Shown one piece after another: positions 38,112-52,334 of a stretch of 64,000 bases of DNA. Position 1 is the first letter of the stretch, and each line of letters opens with the position of its first letter. The notes under the pieces were generated by a model. The model was not told where the DNA came from and did no database searches. It saw nothing but the letters and a program-made list of their open reading frames with translations. The stretch lies in the NCBI RefSeq assembly GCF_006345805.1, contig NC_043015.1, positions 4,340,001 through 4,404,000 of the forward strand, written 5' to 3'. Made by a program: the position numbers and the translations under genes. The stretch comes from Octopus sinensis (lineage: Eukaryota).

Positions 38112-39970
38112 CACATACCTACTCTTATAATAAATCATTCGAAAAAACACACGCACTCATACTCTCTCTCACACACGCATACGCAAGCACATACACTCAC
38201 ACACGCACATGCGAGCGCACACACACACAATGATGCACTTACACACACATGTACACAAATGCATATCGTAAGTTATAGTTTGTGAGTTAGTGATAGAGAA
38301 ACACTTCATAATGAAAATTGTCTTAGCCAACATGTAGTGATTCGTGAATATCCCCTCGCTTCTTTTGTTCACTACTAGAAATCCAAATCCCTCTATTGTC
38401 TAACTTGGCCAGCCATAGTTTTTCTTTATATCACCAATTTTAAGCATATGACATACAAAATACTCATTCGTGTTTTTGATTTCATATTGATTCTTTTCAG
38501 AATCGATACATACAGTCGTATAAATATGCATAACCCAATGATGTATTGGATCCCTATAACAACTTTAACACAAGTCAACTAAAATTCCTTTTATTTTCCT
38601 CTCTGATGACGAAGAAGTAATTGACGTGTTTTTCTCCTTCCTCCTTGAAGTGCAACACATTAAAAATACATTACCCACTCTTCACAACATTCGAGCACGT
38701 TGCCAATTTTGTTAGCCCGCTAAAGACCTTCAATATATTCTCTTTATTGCAGATTTAATATATTAGGATATTCTTAAACACAATTTAAGTAATGTATGAT
38801 ACTTCCCAACGCATTTGTGTGATAACTGAACTGATATAAAACCGTTTGTGGAAACTAAAATTATAATGTGGAAAATACAAGTATATAGTAACCATGATAA
38901 AACACACATAAGCTGTTATCATTTAAACTTTTATTATTGGCTGTCAATATTTTTCCTGCATTAAATAGGTTTTGCTTACAAGCATCAAATAATGTAGGCT
39001 AATGTGAAGTTAATATTTTTGTGTGGTTTTCCATGGCGAATATGTTTCATCCACTTTGTAATACTTCAATAGTATAATTTATAACATTCTGCTGTCTTGG
39101 TCTTTCTGACTTACTTCACTTGGGATAAGCGAGCATATGATTAGCTATAATTAATCACATTTTTCCTAGCCATAAGTAAATCTGGTCTTGAGAAAGAACA
39201 TTTTTATTTTATATATATATATTTTTTTTTTAATGAAAGGTTATATTATAATATGATAATTCGAAGACAGCCACCTCTAGGGAAATTGAAATATCACTGC
39301 CCCGTTACACTTCAGAGGCTTCAATATTTTGACTATTGATGTAGTATATATTTCGATGCATCTTCTTTTCCCGAAGTATATTTTCCAGGATTAAAGCTGT
39401 TATTTCGATATAAAATCTCTATAATACAAAAAATTGGTTTTTTAAATGTTAATGACATAATAACATCTCGTTTATAAGTTTAAAATATCTGGCATTTATT
39501 TCGATGAGCTTTTACCATTGAAAAAAACAGAATATTTTTCTTGAAAAGTTTGATATTAGATTAAAGTAATTCCTGACTGTGATTTTTCTCCACTTAACAT
39601 ATTCACGTGCAATTATCAACGATTTTGTTCACCTCAAAAGCTAACTATATTAGCGCAGATTCGTCCATGGTAGATAAACTTCTGAGATATGGTTTCAAAT
39701 CTAGTATTAAACAGAGAGGTTAAATATACGCTGAATTATAGTATAGAGAATCATTTAAGAAATGTAATTTAAATGCTTTAAATAAGTTGTGTTATAATTT
39801 AGCGTTTAGACCATTAGTGTATAAGAACTACGTATCGAAATAATTTACTGAATATCATAAACGTTTAGGCATATGAAGAAATATTTCCCAAATATAACTA
39901 CGACGTCTGGTGATAATATTAACTAATAATTACCATGGGAAGCGACGACATATAAAAAATATTGATAATA

Positions 39971-40111
39971 TAATGTTGTCCCAAAAGTTCGTAGAAAGTC
40001 TTGGAAAATAATGGTCTTTATTTTGAAGAATAATTTTTGCTGTTTTTGTTAGTACTTGGCGAGTAAAAATTCAATTTTCGCAAGTGTTTACGAACTTTTG
40101 GGACAACCTAA
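39971..40111. mobile_element. 141-bp Tc1/mariner-type MITE
   Basis: TIR GTTGTCCCAAAAGTTCGTA / TACGAACTTTTGGGACAAC with TA on both flanks. Confidence 0.85.
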
Positions 40112-41698
40112 TAGTAACCATAAAAGCAAAACGCAATATTTAACGTTCCGCGGTAGTGACATATTCAAATGGAAATATAGTGATTAAGAATGCTGTTGTT
40201 TCAAATATAAATTTAAATTCATTTGATTCAAGCCAAAAGCAATCTGATTCGATCAAACATTAGAACATTATATAAAGAAACTTCAAGAAGGTTAACACAT
40301 ATAGACACTCAGCCCAACGTCCAACAGCATACTGAAGATCAGACACATACACAATATGTATATGCATTTGTATGTATGCATAGATTTATATGTATCTATA
40401 GCGTTATAGATAGAGCAGTATATGTGTGCTCGTCTGTGTCCGTGTGCGTTCGTGAGCGTATGCTTGTGCATATATCTGTATGTAGGTATCTCTGTCTGTC
40501 TCTCTCTTTCTCTCCCCTCTCTCTCTCTAATATTGCTCAATGAAATTCCAACTTTGATTTTCGCGTTTTATCTACAATCTTATAATAATATTGTATAGGA
40601 TAATATAATCTATTGAAATGATAGTAAATTAAAGGTCCATTCTGAATGAGCAAGAACTTTCACGCATTAAACTATGCAATCTTCAGGTTCGTGTGGAAGT
40701 GGTGGCAGTTATGTTTTACAATTTCCATCCATAATGAGATAGCCAGACTGTATGCCTTAAATACATTTGTATATGCTCCAGAATGCTAATTTTTGCAAAC
40801 TGTTTTCTGACCAACCAGAGTGTGGTTTTAATAAATTCTTTAAGTTGATTGGTGTTTGGTTTCGGCCTGTATTGTAATCCTGGTCAAAGCATTAATTGTT
40901 GAGCTATTTTTAGAAATGTTGTAAACACCATTTCCTAGCGATTTTTTACATTTTAATTATCATCATCACAATTATCATCACCTCTATCATTATTGTATTT
41001 GCTGTTGATGTAGATCTTTGTGGTGGTGAGAAAATAATTTTATTAATAAATTCCGACCCAAGCTAAGTTAACAATAACAATAATAGTACTAAAAGGTACT
41101 ATTTCTACGACTACGACCACTACTACTAACAACAATACTAAAGGTGCTTATGATAACAAAGGCAGGAAAATACTTGCTAAGTCAAGCGAAAACTCAGCAA
41201 AATAATCTTATTTGGGGGCTTAAACTTTTATTACCACAGTTACTCTCATAACCACCACTACCATCACCAACAACAACAGCAATAATAATAAAGATGATAA
41301 ATGCGATGATGATATGTGAAACGTAAAAATCCCTGCAAAATGATGTTTACAACATTTCTAAAAATAGCTAAAAAATTACTGCTTTGACCAAGGTCAAAAT
41401 ACAGGTCTCTTGACATGTTCAACAAACCGTGACGCCAATCGACTTAAAGAATTAGTAAAACCACACCCTGATTGGTCAGGATGCTATTTGCGGCAAATAA
41501 CTTTCTGGAGCCTTTACAAATGTATTTAAGGCACACAGTTTAGCCATTTCACTACAGATGAAAATTGTAAAACATAACGGCCACCACTTCTACACGAACC
41601 TGAAGATTGATTAGTTCAATGCGTGAAAGATCCAGTTCAATCAGAATGGACATCTAATATTCTACCTTTTCATTATATTATATTATATTATACTATCT

Positions 41699-41860
41699 CA
41701 GGAGTTGCTGTGCGGTAAGTAGTTTTCTGGCCAACCACATGGTTCCAGGTTCAGTCCCACTGAGAGGCACCTTGGGCCAGTGCCTTCCGCTATAACCTCA
41801 TGTCAACCAAAGCTTCGTTTGTGGATTTAGTAGATGGAAACTGAAAGAAGCCTGTTGTGT
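41699..41860 (+). mobile_element. SINE family B, 5' part only
   Basis: Head to GGAAACTGAAAGAAGCCTG, ending at the TA tract. Confidence 0.85.
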
Positions 41861-41876
41861 ATATATATTCTTTATA

Positions 41877-42302
41877 GGCGCAGAAGTGGCTGTGTGGTAA
41901 GTAGATTGCTTACCAACCACATGGTTCCAGGTTCATTCCCATTGCGTAGAAACTTGGGTAAGTGTCTTTTACTTTGCCTCAGGCCGACCAAAGCCTTGTG
42001 AGTGGATTTGGTAGATGGAAACTGACAGAAGCCTGTCGTATATATGTATATATATATGTATGTGTGTGTGTCTGTCTGTCTACATGTTTGTGTGTGTGTT
42101 TGTCACCTCAACAGCGCTTGACAACCGATGCTGGTGTGCTTACGTCCCCGTCACCTAACGTTTCGACAAGAGAGACCGATAGAATAAGTACTAGGCTTAC
42201 AAAGAATAAGTCCTGAGGTCGATTTACTCAACTAAAGGCGGTGCTCCAGCATGGCCGCAGTCAAATGAATGAAACAAATAAAAAAATTAAATAATAAAAG
42301 AA
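41877..42302 (+). mobile_element. Full-length SINE family B
   Basis: Starts GGCGCAGAAGTGGCTGTGTGG; complete tail. Confidence 0.9.
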
Positions 42303-42769
42303 TATATTATTATAAGAATGTAAATAAAACGCGAAAATCAGACAAAGTTGGAATTTCATTGAATGCTGCCTTCTCTTCTTACTTTCCATCCACTTTTCAC
42401 TTCACTATGTCCCTGTCATTTTTTCTCACCCCACCTTAATTCTTCTGTCCATCTGCTTCTACAACTCTCTCCCATCCCACGCTTCCATTTTTTGTTCCTC
42501 TGCTTCTATTTCTCTCTCTCTTCTCTTCCCACGTGACCGATCGGTCTACTGCTCGCTCACTCTGTGTCTGACCGTCTTCCGTGCAACATCGATATTCTTC
42601 CCTGTGTTTGTGATATTTTTGTATCTCTGCCGTAAGACTTCATTTCCACTCACGCCAGCTTAATTCAATTCATCCCCCGTCGAAAGACACTTGTTGTTAC
42701 GCCGTTATTACTTCATTATTTCTTTTTTTATTTTTATTGTTTTTATATTGAATTTATATTTGTGTAACA

Positions 42770-43838
42770 TTGTCTGTTTTTCCGTCCTTGTTTTTGTATA
42801 TATTCGATGCTTTCTTCCAAGGAATCTAATGCCCTTAGCTTAGTTTTTCCCTGGGGCTGCCCAGATTGGAGCAATCTCAAAATTAATCAGCTGAAATTGC
42901 GAAGATTTTCCGGTTTTTGACTGAGGATTATTATTCGATTATTATTCGAATGACACGTTCTTGATTTTTTATTGTATCGTCTATCTGGATGTTTTGTTGT
43001 TCTTTTTTGTATCACCTAGTTGTCCGGATGTTTTGCGTTCTTTCTCATTTGGTATATATATATATATAGCGGCGTACGTACACTTTGTTCGGTTGTATGT
43101 AAGTATATGATTGATTGATTGATTCCAGTTTCAGCTCATGAGCTGTGGCCATGCTGGGGCACCGCCATTATCATAAGTCTCAATATAACGTCCGGATAAT
43201 GTTTACCATAAAACGACCATACCACGATTTAACTTTTATCAAAATTTAATTCATGTTTGTGGGCATACATGTTTTTGAATGTCACGTTTTGTATATCTTG
43301 TTATTTTCCTATTGAGAAGGTTTCCCTATATAAATATCTAGCTGTTTTATTGCATTCTGGAGATACGATTATTTCCATCAGCTAACATTAATTTCATATT
43401 TCGTATCGTTTTATATAACACAATAAGTAATAGATGCATCTACATTTAAATGGAATTTTAATGGATAATAAACTTGCGTGTACCTGATGGACAGATTCCA
43501 GTAAGCAAGTTTAGAACACTCATATTTATATGAAATATTTTATATTACTTTCGCATTGTAACATTCGATATTTGCTACTGTGTTATTTTGTAGAGACTTT
43601 CACAATGGTAATTATTGACTCATTTTAAACGTTACAGATGTTTTACTAAACTGTATATGTGTTGGATGTTTCATTTTAATGATGATTGTAGTTGGTATAT
43701 TTCTGTGAGTCTTTTTATTTTACAGATTAATCTTACAACTAGTTCGAATACATCTTACACTACATCTGTAATTGTTGTGAATTCCTAATATAAATATATT
43801 TTAATTCTCCTCTGATGATCGAATTGTTTCATGTGTGC

Positions 43839-43890
<52 letters not shown>

Positions 43891-43926
43891 GCACACACAC
43901 ACATACATACATACATATGTATATAT

Positions 43927-43973
<47 letters not shown>

Positions 43974-44230
43974 CGAATACAAAAAGTGGGACAAGAACGC
44001 AAAGGCGACAACAACACATCCAGGCAGTTGGATGATATAAAAAGGGACATGAAAAAGCAAGTACAGATCATTCGGAGTTTTCTTTCGTCAGTTTCGGTTT
44101 GGTTATACTCGAGACTGCTGCAATCTGTCCAGCCCCATGGAAAGGCTGAGCTAAGTGTAGTAGATTGCTTGGAAGAATGCAGCGAATGTATACGAAGCGT
44201 AAGACGGAAAAATGCGGAGAAATGGTACAT
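42770..44230. repeat. Two diverged, oppositely oriented copies (42770-43052 and 43980-44230) of a TA-associated repeat, possibly a PLE pseudo-LTR
   Basis: Shared TTCTTCCAAG.AATCTA..CTTAGCT.AG..TTTCC.TGGGGCTG..CAGATTG; each copy abuts (TA)n. Confidence 0.6.
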
Positions 44231-45114
44231 AAATACGAATGTTTTCTTCGATATTATTTTTGATTTTAATAATATTCGATGCCTATTTCTAACAAATCGG
44301 TTGATTCAAACATGTCTTCCTTACGGATTTGTCGTAATACGGTAACAAGTGCGTATGACATCTATTCATTTTTCAATATATATAAGTGTGATTCTTTCAT
44401 CAAGTCTCGTTCTGCTTCCTCGTGAAAGATAAAGTCATAGATCAGCGACCAGATACATTATTTATGAAATATTATTTTGTTTTCTTCATTCAATAATGAC
44501 GTGTGAAATATTGCTATCTTTGATCTTATTTTCACGCGTTATTTAACACCGAAGAAAAATATTTTTCATATATTAAAGAGAATCCGATATGAGATATATT
44601 TAATATTTCATTTCTATTAATTTAATACGTTAATACCTTATATAATTCCAATATTTTCTACATTTATATATTTTAAATGTCATTTTAACACGCAAGGTAA
44701 AATTTAAGAAATCATACATTTATTCAACATATAATAATCGTTCGTCAGTTTGATATTTATTTAAAAACCATATTACTTCCTCTGAAACAGTCATGGCCGA
44801 TTACTTTTAAATTACTGAACTATCTTCATTGATATCTCTTTGGAATAGTATTTATCAAAGCATGACTGTCATAAAATTAGTTTTAGTCAATAATATTTTT
44901 TAAATGTTACATGAGTCAATTTACATGCATAATTAGCCGTTCAATGTGTAAAGGAATGAACTTTGTTCGCACATACGTATTTTGGCTTGTGCACTGTTTG
45001 TTATGCGCTATAACTATATGACCATGTGTATCAGGAGAAATAAGGCATGCATGCGTCTGACTTATATTGGTATGATGCCAAATTTGAGATGTATATGGAA
45101 CATATATACGTAAC

Positions 45115-45310
45115 GGAGGTGCAATGACCCAGTGGTTTGGGCAGCTGACTTGTGGTCGTAAGATCGCGGTTTCTATTCACAGCCTGGACGTTGTGATTAT
45201 TTATTGAACAAAAGCATCTAACGCTCCACGGGACTCCGGCAGGGGGTGGTAACGAACCCTGCTGTACACTTTCATCACAGCTTCTACTCTTTCTTCCTTT
45301 TTCTGTTGTA
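45115..45310 (+). mobile_element. SINE family C head, 3'-truncated
   Basis: GGAGGTGCAATGACCCAGTGG..CTCCGGCAGGGG..CCCTGCTGTAC. Confidence 0.8.
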
Positions 45311-45701
45311 TATGTATGAGAAAGAGAGAGAGAGGAGAGAGTGGCAGATAATGAGTGATAGAGAGAAGGCGGTCAACGTCTCCCTATCTATCTGTCTGTA
45401 CCTTCCTCTCTCACCACAGTCTCACTCTGTATATGTGTGTGTGTGTGTAGAATCAAAGGTTCAAAAACGACTTACTCAGGAAGGAATTCAAAGGTAACGT
45501 AATCCAATGGTAGAGTAAGGAAATCCATGTAGCCATTTGACTCACAGTAAAGGTGGTAAAAAAGAGGGCATTTTTTCGTGCATCGCTTCGAGTCAAAAAG
45601 AGGATCTGTTTCAGTCATACAGCTGCGTTCATGCTGGAGCACATAGGTAAACATACGTATACACATACACATGTACATCTATATGTCTATATATATACGT
45701 A

Positions 45702-45735
<34 letters not shown>

Positions 45736-47311
45736 TGTGTGTGAGTGTGTGTGAATACATATATACAAATTTATTTGTTTGTGTGTATGCATATAGTGAT
45801 ACGAGTAAATGAAGTATAATATATTTTCATATGATTTTAAAATTTGTAACAAATCAGTTTATATAGAGCAATCTATAATAGAAACGTCCTTGTACTATTA
45901 ATTCTATTTACTCTGATTTTCTCCAGATATCTCTTAAGACAGATTATGCATGGACATTTATATAGTGCAACCAAAATAGCACAACTTTCTACTCCAAGTA
46001 CAAACTCCAATTAACTAATTAATTCCAAGTAATTTAAAAATCGAAAGTGTCTCCTACGCATTTCTTGATCAAAATTATCTATTGCTCTTCTGATTAAATT
46101 AATCTGTCATCGAGTATTATTTTAATTAATAAACACGGATTTCCACTCATCATATTAGGTAGAATACCACAAGAAATACAAATGTATATTTAAGTTGAAA
46201 ATATGCAACTCTATTTCCTTGCTATAGGATATGTTTAAATATGTCCTTTGTTCTCCATTAAAGTCTGTGTCTACATGATCAGAATATCTATTGTGTTGTA
46301 TAATAAACATGATTTGTGCCAGTGTAGTATTTCTTCAGACTTATTTTCTGTAACATATCAACCACATTTGGTACCTTCATTGCCACTTTTTATTATACAC
46401 TCTCTGCATAGGAATTTTGTTGATGTCCTTTCGGAATTCGGGTAAATTTGCTTCTGAGATTTCTGTATTTTTAATTAAGTTACCCCCGTCACCGTTATAT
46501 AAATTCCAAAGAGTGTAATTACGACAACAGTTATTACGCAGATGCATACACGAAACGATTCATACACTTTCACACACAACCTCTCTCACTCTCACACACA
46601 CACACACGCGCACACACACACACAACACACAAACATACACACAATGGCATGCACACATACAAAAACACGCACTCACAGCATAACATGATTTGGAGTTTGA
46701 CAAGGACAAAGACATTTTTCACAAAGGATCGTACAGTTTCATGCATTCCTAAAGAGCGATCTGTAGAGTCAGTTGCATCCCTTTACAAATCATTATTTAT
46801 GGCTTCTTAAATATTCTCACTATGGGTCAGTAAACGTTAACTGATGATCAAACGACTTCAATGAGAATTAAGTGATTGTGAGCCCATCAAGTATGGGTCA
46901 TATGGTACTGTAATGTCTAATAAGTCATTTTTCAAAAGTGGTTGTTTAGATTTTGGGTAGATTAGCTTACTTCGAGAAATGATGTGAAGCATCCTAGTTG
47001 ATATGTCGATTCTACATAAATGCCATATATCAGTTTGATGGAGAGATTTTAAAGCGTGCCCAGATTACTTGCGGAATTTCCTTATCTCGTTTACAGTCAA
47101 AGAAACAATCCAGATAAGACAGAAACTCTATAAACTACGGAGGGAGTAAAAAAACATTCATCTAGATAAGTCTCAAATATTAATACACAGGTGGCAATAC
47201 ATATACACACATACACACACGCACATCGTAACACCCACAAACCCATATAATACACAGCAAATACACATAAATATGTGTATTGTATGGGTTGTGGGGTTGT
47301 ACGATGAGAGT

Positions 47312-47350
<39 letters not shown>

Positions 47351-47469
47351 ATATATATATATATATATATGGGATATAATTATCAAAAGAAAAACAGGAT
47401 ATCATCTACACCACTAGCTGGCATATACAGATGCTTATAGTTATCAAGTATTCACCCTGAATTTATATA

Positions 47470-47502
<33 letters not shown>

Positions 47503-47769
47503 ATATATATATATTATATATTACATTTATATTATACTATATTGTATTATTTTATTTTATTTTATATTATATTATATCCTGTTTTGTAACCTACGCGCCT
47601 AACGTCGTGCATTTCTATAGCTATTTTCCAGTCACATTAATGTAAGAATGTATTTATTATATGTAACGTTCACCAATTAGCAGCTGATACTTGTACACCG
47701 AAATAATTGTAGTCATTTGTAATAAAGCCTCTTTATTCTACACCAAAAGAATGGAATGTACGTGTGATT

Positions 47770-48660
47770 GACAAGTGGAAGTGTCGTGAGGCTGGGAAAG
47801 CCGGAAAGTATGAGTTCAACACTGGTATTAGGTTCATACTATACAAAGAATAAGCTTCGAAAATTGCATCTTGACACGCTGGAGTGCTGAAAATACGTCA
47901 TCCAAGTATATGCTTTCATAAATGATAGCTATGACGATCAAGTGGAAGAATTCTTCAAAGTTTTAAATAAAGCGTTAGCTCACAAATTCTCTTTCACTAT
48001 ATTGTTGGGAGATTTCAACTTAAATGTTGAAAATTGACAATGGAAAAATAATCGAAAGAGAAAAACATTTGGTTAACAAGGCACTAACACGTCGACTGTA
48101 CATAGAAACAGTCTATATGGGAAGCAATCTGGAAGGAAAGGGGCCCGGTAAAATCAAACACTCAACAGAAAAATAATACACCTTGATCGATGGAAACAGC
48201 GCATATTAAACGACATCTCAGTACGAGCACCGCTCAAGGTAAGAAACAGCCATCATTTGCTGAAAGCGAAGATCGTTATGTATGAAATCAGAAGCACAAA
48301 ATCTCTGCATATTTCAATGAAAGATCAACGCCTCAAAGACTTAGGTGCGAAGCAGCTGTAACAATCTAAGAAAGAGATTTGGAATGAAATTGAAGACATC
48401 CTTGAGGACTACAGTTTGTTGGCCCAGAAAATTAAAAACTGCATATGGGAAACGAAAGCTACCTGAAGAATCTAGGAAGACGCAACGAAACGGCTATGGG
48501 AGGGAAAAATTATGAAGAGGAACATGAGAGATCACGAGATTATTCCGTATCCTGGAAAGCAATCAGGCAACATCTAAGAAATTATTTCGAGATTTATAAA
48601 CTGAAAAGTCCCGCTGGACTCATTACGAAATTCTGGCTATCCACATTAAAACGCTATTAA
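47770..48660 (+). mobile_element. Decayed RTE-like LINE, APE endonuclease region
   Basis: VIQVYA..DDQVEEFFKVL..ILLGDFN; ILNDISV..SHHLLKAKI. Confidence 0.75.
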
Positions 48661-48745
48661 AGCTGAGTAACATATAAAATGAAGCAAAATATTTAATTAC
48701 ATATAGCAGATGACGGAGAAAAGAGAGAAAGAGAAAGAGCGAGGC

Positions 48746-48802
<57 letters not shown>

Positions 48803-48823
48803 AGATAGATAGGCAGACAGATG

Positions 48824-48859
<36 letters not shown>

Positions 48860-49119
48860 GAGAGGGAGATGATGATTATGATGTTGTGTGCTAAATAGCC
48901 AAGAGACGAGAAAATGTCTGCATGATACAATAGCATAGTATGATAATATATCAAAATATAAATAAAAACAGGGGCACACAGGCGTGGCTGTATGAATTTC
49001 TAGCGCATCATTGTATGCATATATCGATAAAGTAATGGATAGGATAGTATGATGAAATGCGCATTTGTATTGCATATATACATATATATGTGTGTGCGTG
49101 GTTTTTGTACACACACACG

Positions 49120-49151
<32 letters not shown>

Positions 49152-49302
49152 GATATATATATATAAATATTGGTATTGAAGAAATATGAACGCAGATGAA
49201 CAGAAATCGTTTATTTCATTTACACGTGTTTCGAAACAAAAATTACCAAAATCCGATTGTCGGTATGTAATCCGTATATATAATATATATATATATCTAC
49301 AA

Positions 49303-49390
<88 letters not shown>

Positions 49391-49505
49391 GCATATATAT
49401 ATATATATATATAAAATATTATTAGATACAAAACCACTATTTTGCAAAACAAACAAGGAAAGATTAATCAATACATAAAATTTTAATAAATAGTCAAAAA
49501 AAACG

Positions 49506-49548
49506 CCACTACAATTGTTTCTTGTCTTGATCGACAATCTTCAGGTGG
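49506..49548 (-). ncRNA. Type I minimal hammerhead ribozyme (minus-strand copy)
   Basis: Exact reverse complement of 49574-49616. Confidence 0.88.
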
Positions 49549-49573
49549 ACTTCCAAACTGACTTATTGGAAGT

Positions 49574-49616
49574 CCACCTGAAGATTGTCGATCAAGACAA
49601 GAAACAATTGTAGTGG
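49574..49616 (+). ncRNA. Type I minimal hammerhead ribozyme, canonical core
   Basis: CCAC-CTGAAGA-TTGTC-GATCAA-GACAA-GAAA-CAATTG-TA-GTGG; predicted cleavage after GUA (49612). Confidence 0.88.
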
Positions 49617-49787
49617 CGGTTTTTTTGACTTTATTAAAATTTTATGTATTGATAAGTCTTTCCTTGTTTGTTTTGCAAAATAGTGGTTTTGTCTCTAATA
49701 ATATTTTATAATATTTTACTATAAAATTGGATTTAATCCTAAATCTGATTTTTTTCCTGTAAATTTGGATTTATCCCTAATATTTAT

Positions 49788-49831
<44 letters not shown>

Positions 49832-49949
49832 TATTATGTATATATATATATATGTATATAATATATACTATATATATATATATATATATACATATATAAT
49901 ATAATATATATATATATTATATATATATATAGATATATATATGTATAGA

Positions 49950-50217
49950 AGGCGCTTGATTAGTGGTTAAGGTATTCGGCCCACAATCATAAAGTAGTGA
50001 CTTCAAATCCCAGTGACACGTCGTGTCCTAGAGCAAGACATTTTATTTTACCTTGCTCCAGTGCAAAGGGTCAGCCTTGTCACACTCTGTATCACGCTGA
50101 AACTCGCTGAGAACTACGTCTGTGGAGTGCTCAGCCACTTGCACGTTAATTTCGCGAGGAAAATTTTCCGTTGATCGTAGCAGCTGTGACCCTCGTCGTC
50201 GTAACCGACGGAGTGCA
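49950..50217 (+). mobile_element. SINE with a distinct head and centre joined to the family-C 3' tail
   Basis: Head TAGTGGTTAAGG..TTCAAATCCC, centre GTGTCCTAGAGCAAGACA, then CCTTGTCAC.CTCTGT..GTAACCGACGGAGTGC as in 5389-5773. Confidence 0.75.
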
Positions 50218-50833
50218 CTTTTTAATATATATGTGTGTATACACCCACAAGCACATACATACACACTCGCACACACACATATATATATATATAATCCTCT
50301 TTTGCATGTAGTATACATGAACGAACAAAGAAACATTACGAGATAGATGACTTGAGTAAATACTATATACGAGCATATAATTTTTGTGTGAAGACCATTA
50401 AATTGCAACGTTGCATTTTTCTAAATATAACAAAAACCCTCGTTTTTTTTTTCCTAAACAAATGATCATGTGTAACAATGATACGTGTTCGTATATACAT
50501 GTGTACCACGAAGCTAGTGCAATATGAAAAGAATTTTACATTAGAATTTTATGACAGGTAAAAAAAAAGAAATGATATGGATATTCGATGACAATAACCA
50601 AGAGATATGGTGACCTATATAATCCGATTAGAAATATGCGTAATCCATCCTGAATAAGCAGATTCGTGTTAGGAAATGTTGTAGGAGAAGAATTAATGTA
50701 TATTACATGCATACATATACAGGTGTGTATATATGCATGCACACACGCATAAATGTATATATACATGCGTGCATACATATACAGATATATACAGATATAT
50801 ATGTATATGTATATATATATATATGTATATGTA

Positions 50834-50898
<65 letters not shown>

Positions 50899-51038
50899 CT
50901 TGCACAACATATGCATGTATGTATATATGTATGTATACATTTGCACATATATAGATCGTTCTTTTCTACCCTTAATGCAGAGTTTTACCACCTCCTGTAC
51001 TACACCTTACAACCATCTTGCTATCTGGTGAGGCTTTT

Positions 51039-51390
51039 TTAAACAAGACAATTGCATAATCGATTTGGGCCACTACGAGCTGCGGTTAAGTTCTGAAATT
51101 CGTGGATCTTAAAATGCCTTGTGAGGCCTCCGTTTGATTTGCACACCTGAAAGATGTGCACAGACATAGAGGGACTATAGTTGGTGGGGGTTCGTTTTCC
51201 ATGGGCTCGCAATTGAGATTCGATTCCATCAAAAGAAATGCATGTCCTGTCACAAACCGTACACACAAATAGATCATTCTGATTCACCTTCTCGACAATA
51301 AAATTCTTCTTTAAATCTCTTTTAACTCTTGCATGTATTATCCTAGCCTCTGCAAACACTATGACTCCGCTCCACACTTTGGTCACACGC
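51039..51390 (-). mobile_element. 3' end of an RTE-like LINE with two C2H2-like fingers
   Basis: GVIVFAEAR..KRDLKK..CTVCDRTCISFDGIESQLRAH..VCKSNGGLTRHFKIH. Confidence 0.7.
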
Positions 51391-51945
51391 CAACCTGCCA
51401 GACATGATTACTGAACTAGAACAGTGTACATTGATCGACGTCGTGCAGCCGGCGAATATGTATGTGGGTATGAAAAAGTGAAAGCGTGTAATTGATGCGT
51501 CTATACCGAAAACGAGGCTATAAACTTGCACTAATTGCATATCGCTGAATACGCCGTGTTTTATAAGATACGTAAGCAGATAACTGTAGATTTTCAGTTT
51601 CATACGTTATTATTATTCGAGCAACAAGATACACTGAAATGCATCTGGAGCATAGTATGGGTGAATTTGATTTATCAGGGATATTTGCAACTTCTAAATT
51701 TATATACTACACATAGTCAGGATAACTGGCTCACTAATATATATATATTACAGAATGACTGTAACTCGAAAATGTTAAGAATTGAACAGCCATGAAACGA
51801 TCGTAGTGTTATATTAATTATCTTTTTTAATAATTTTGATATATATTTAAATAATATAAATTAATTAATCTTATGTATTAGCTTAAGTTTTTCATTGTAT
51901 GATTTGCCTAATAGTGGTTTTATCTCTAATTTAATATAATATAAT

Positions 51946-51985
<40 letters not shown>

Positions 51986-52074
51986 GTGTGTGTAAATATA
52001 TACGTATACAAGTATTCATGTATATATATTATGGTGTACATGTAGGTATATATCTATATCTATATCTATATCTA

Positions 52075-52128
<54 letters not shown>

Positions 52129-52334
52129 TAATTAATCAATAGGGTGGCAAAAATTTTTGTAGAATTTTTTTGCCACCAGCGGCCTAGTGGGAAAAAATAA
52201 ATAGTCATAGACCATTTTTAAGTTCAACATCACAATCAAGGAACGGCCATAGGTAGGCCATTCACCCACTAGAAATAACAGCCAAAAGCTTCAACCGCAA
52301 AAAATAATGGCCGTTCCTTGATTGTGATATATAT

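Larger units (their letters stand above)
40537..42362. mobile_element. Non-coding foldback element with ~500-bp inverted arms; right arm interrupted by SINEs
   Basis: 40537-41050 is the diverged reverse complement of 41225-41695 plus 42303-42362. Confidence 0.85.
49410..49790. mobile_element. Inverted PLE pseudo-LTR pair forming a ~300-bp palindrome between (TA)n tracts
   Basis: Arms ~49410-49556 and ~49566-49710; the right arm continues to 49790; a hammerhead in each arm. Confidence 0.85.
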
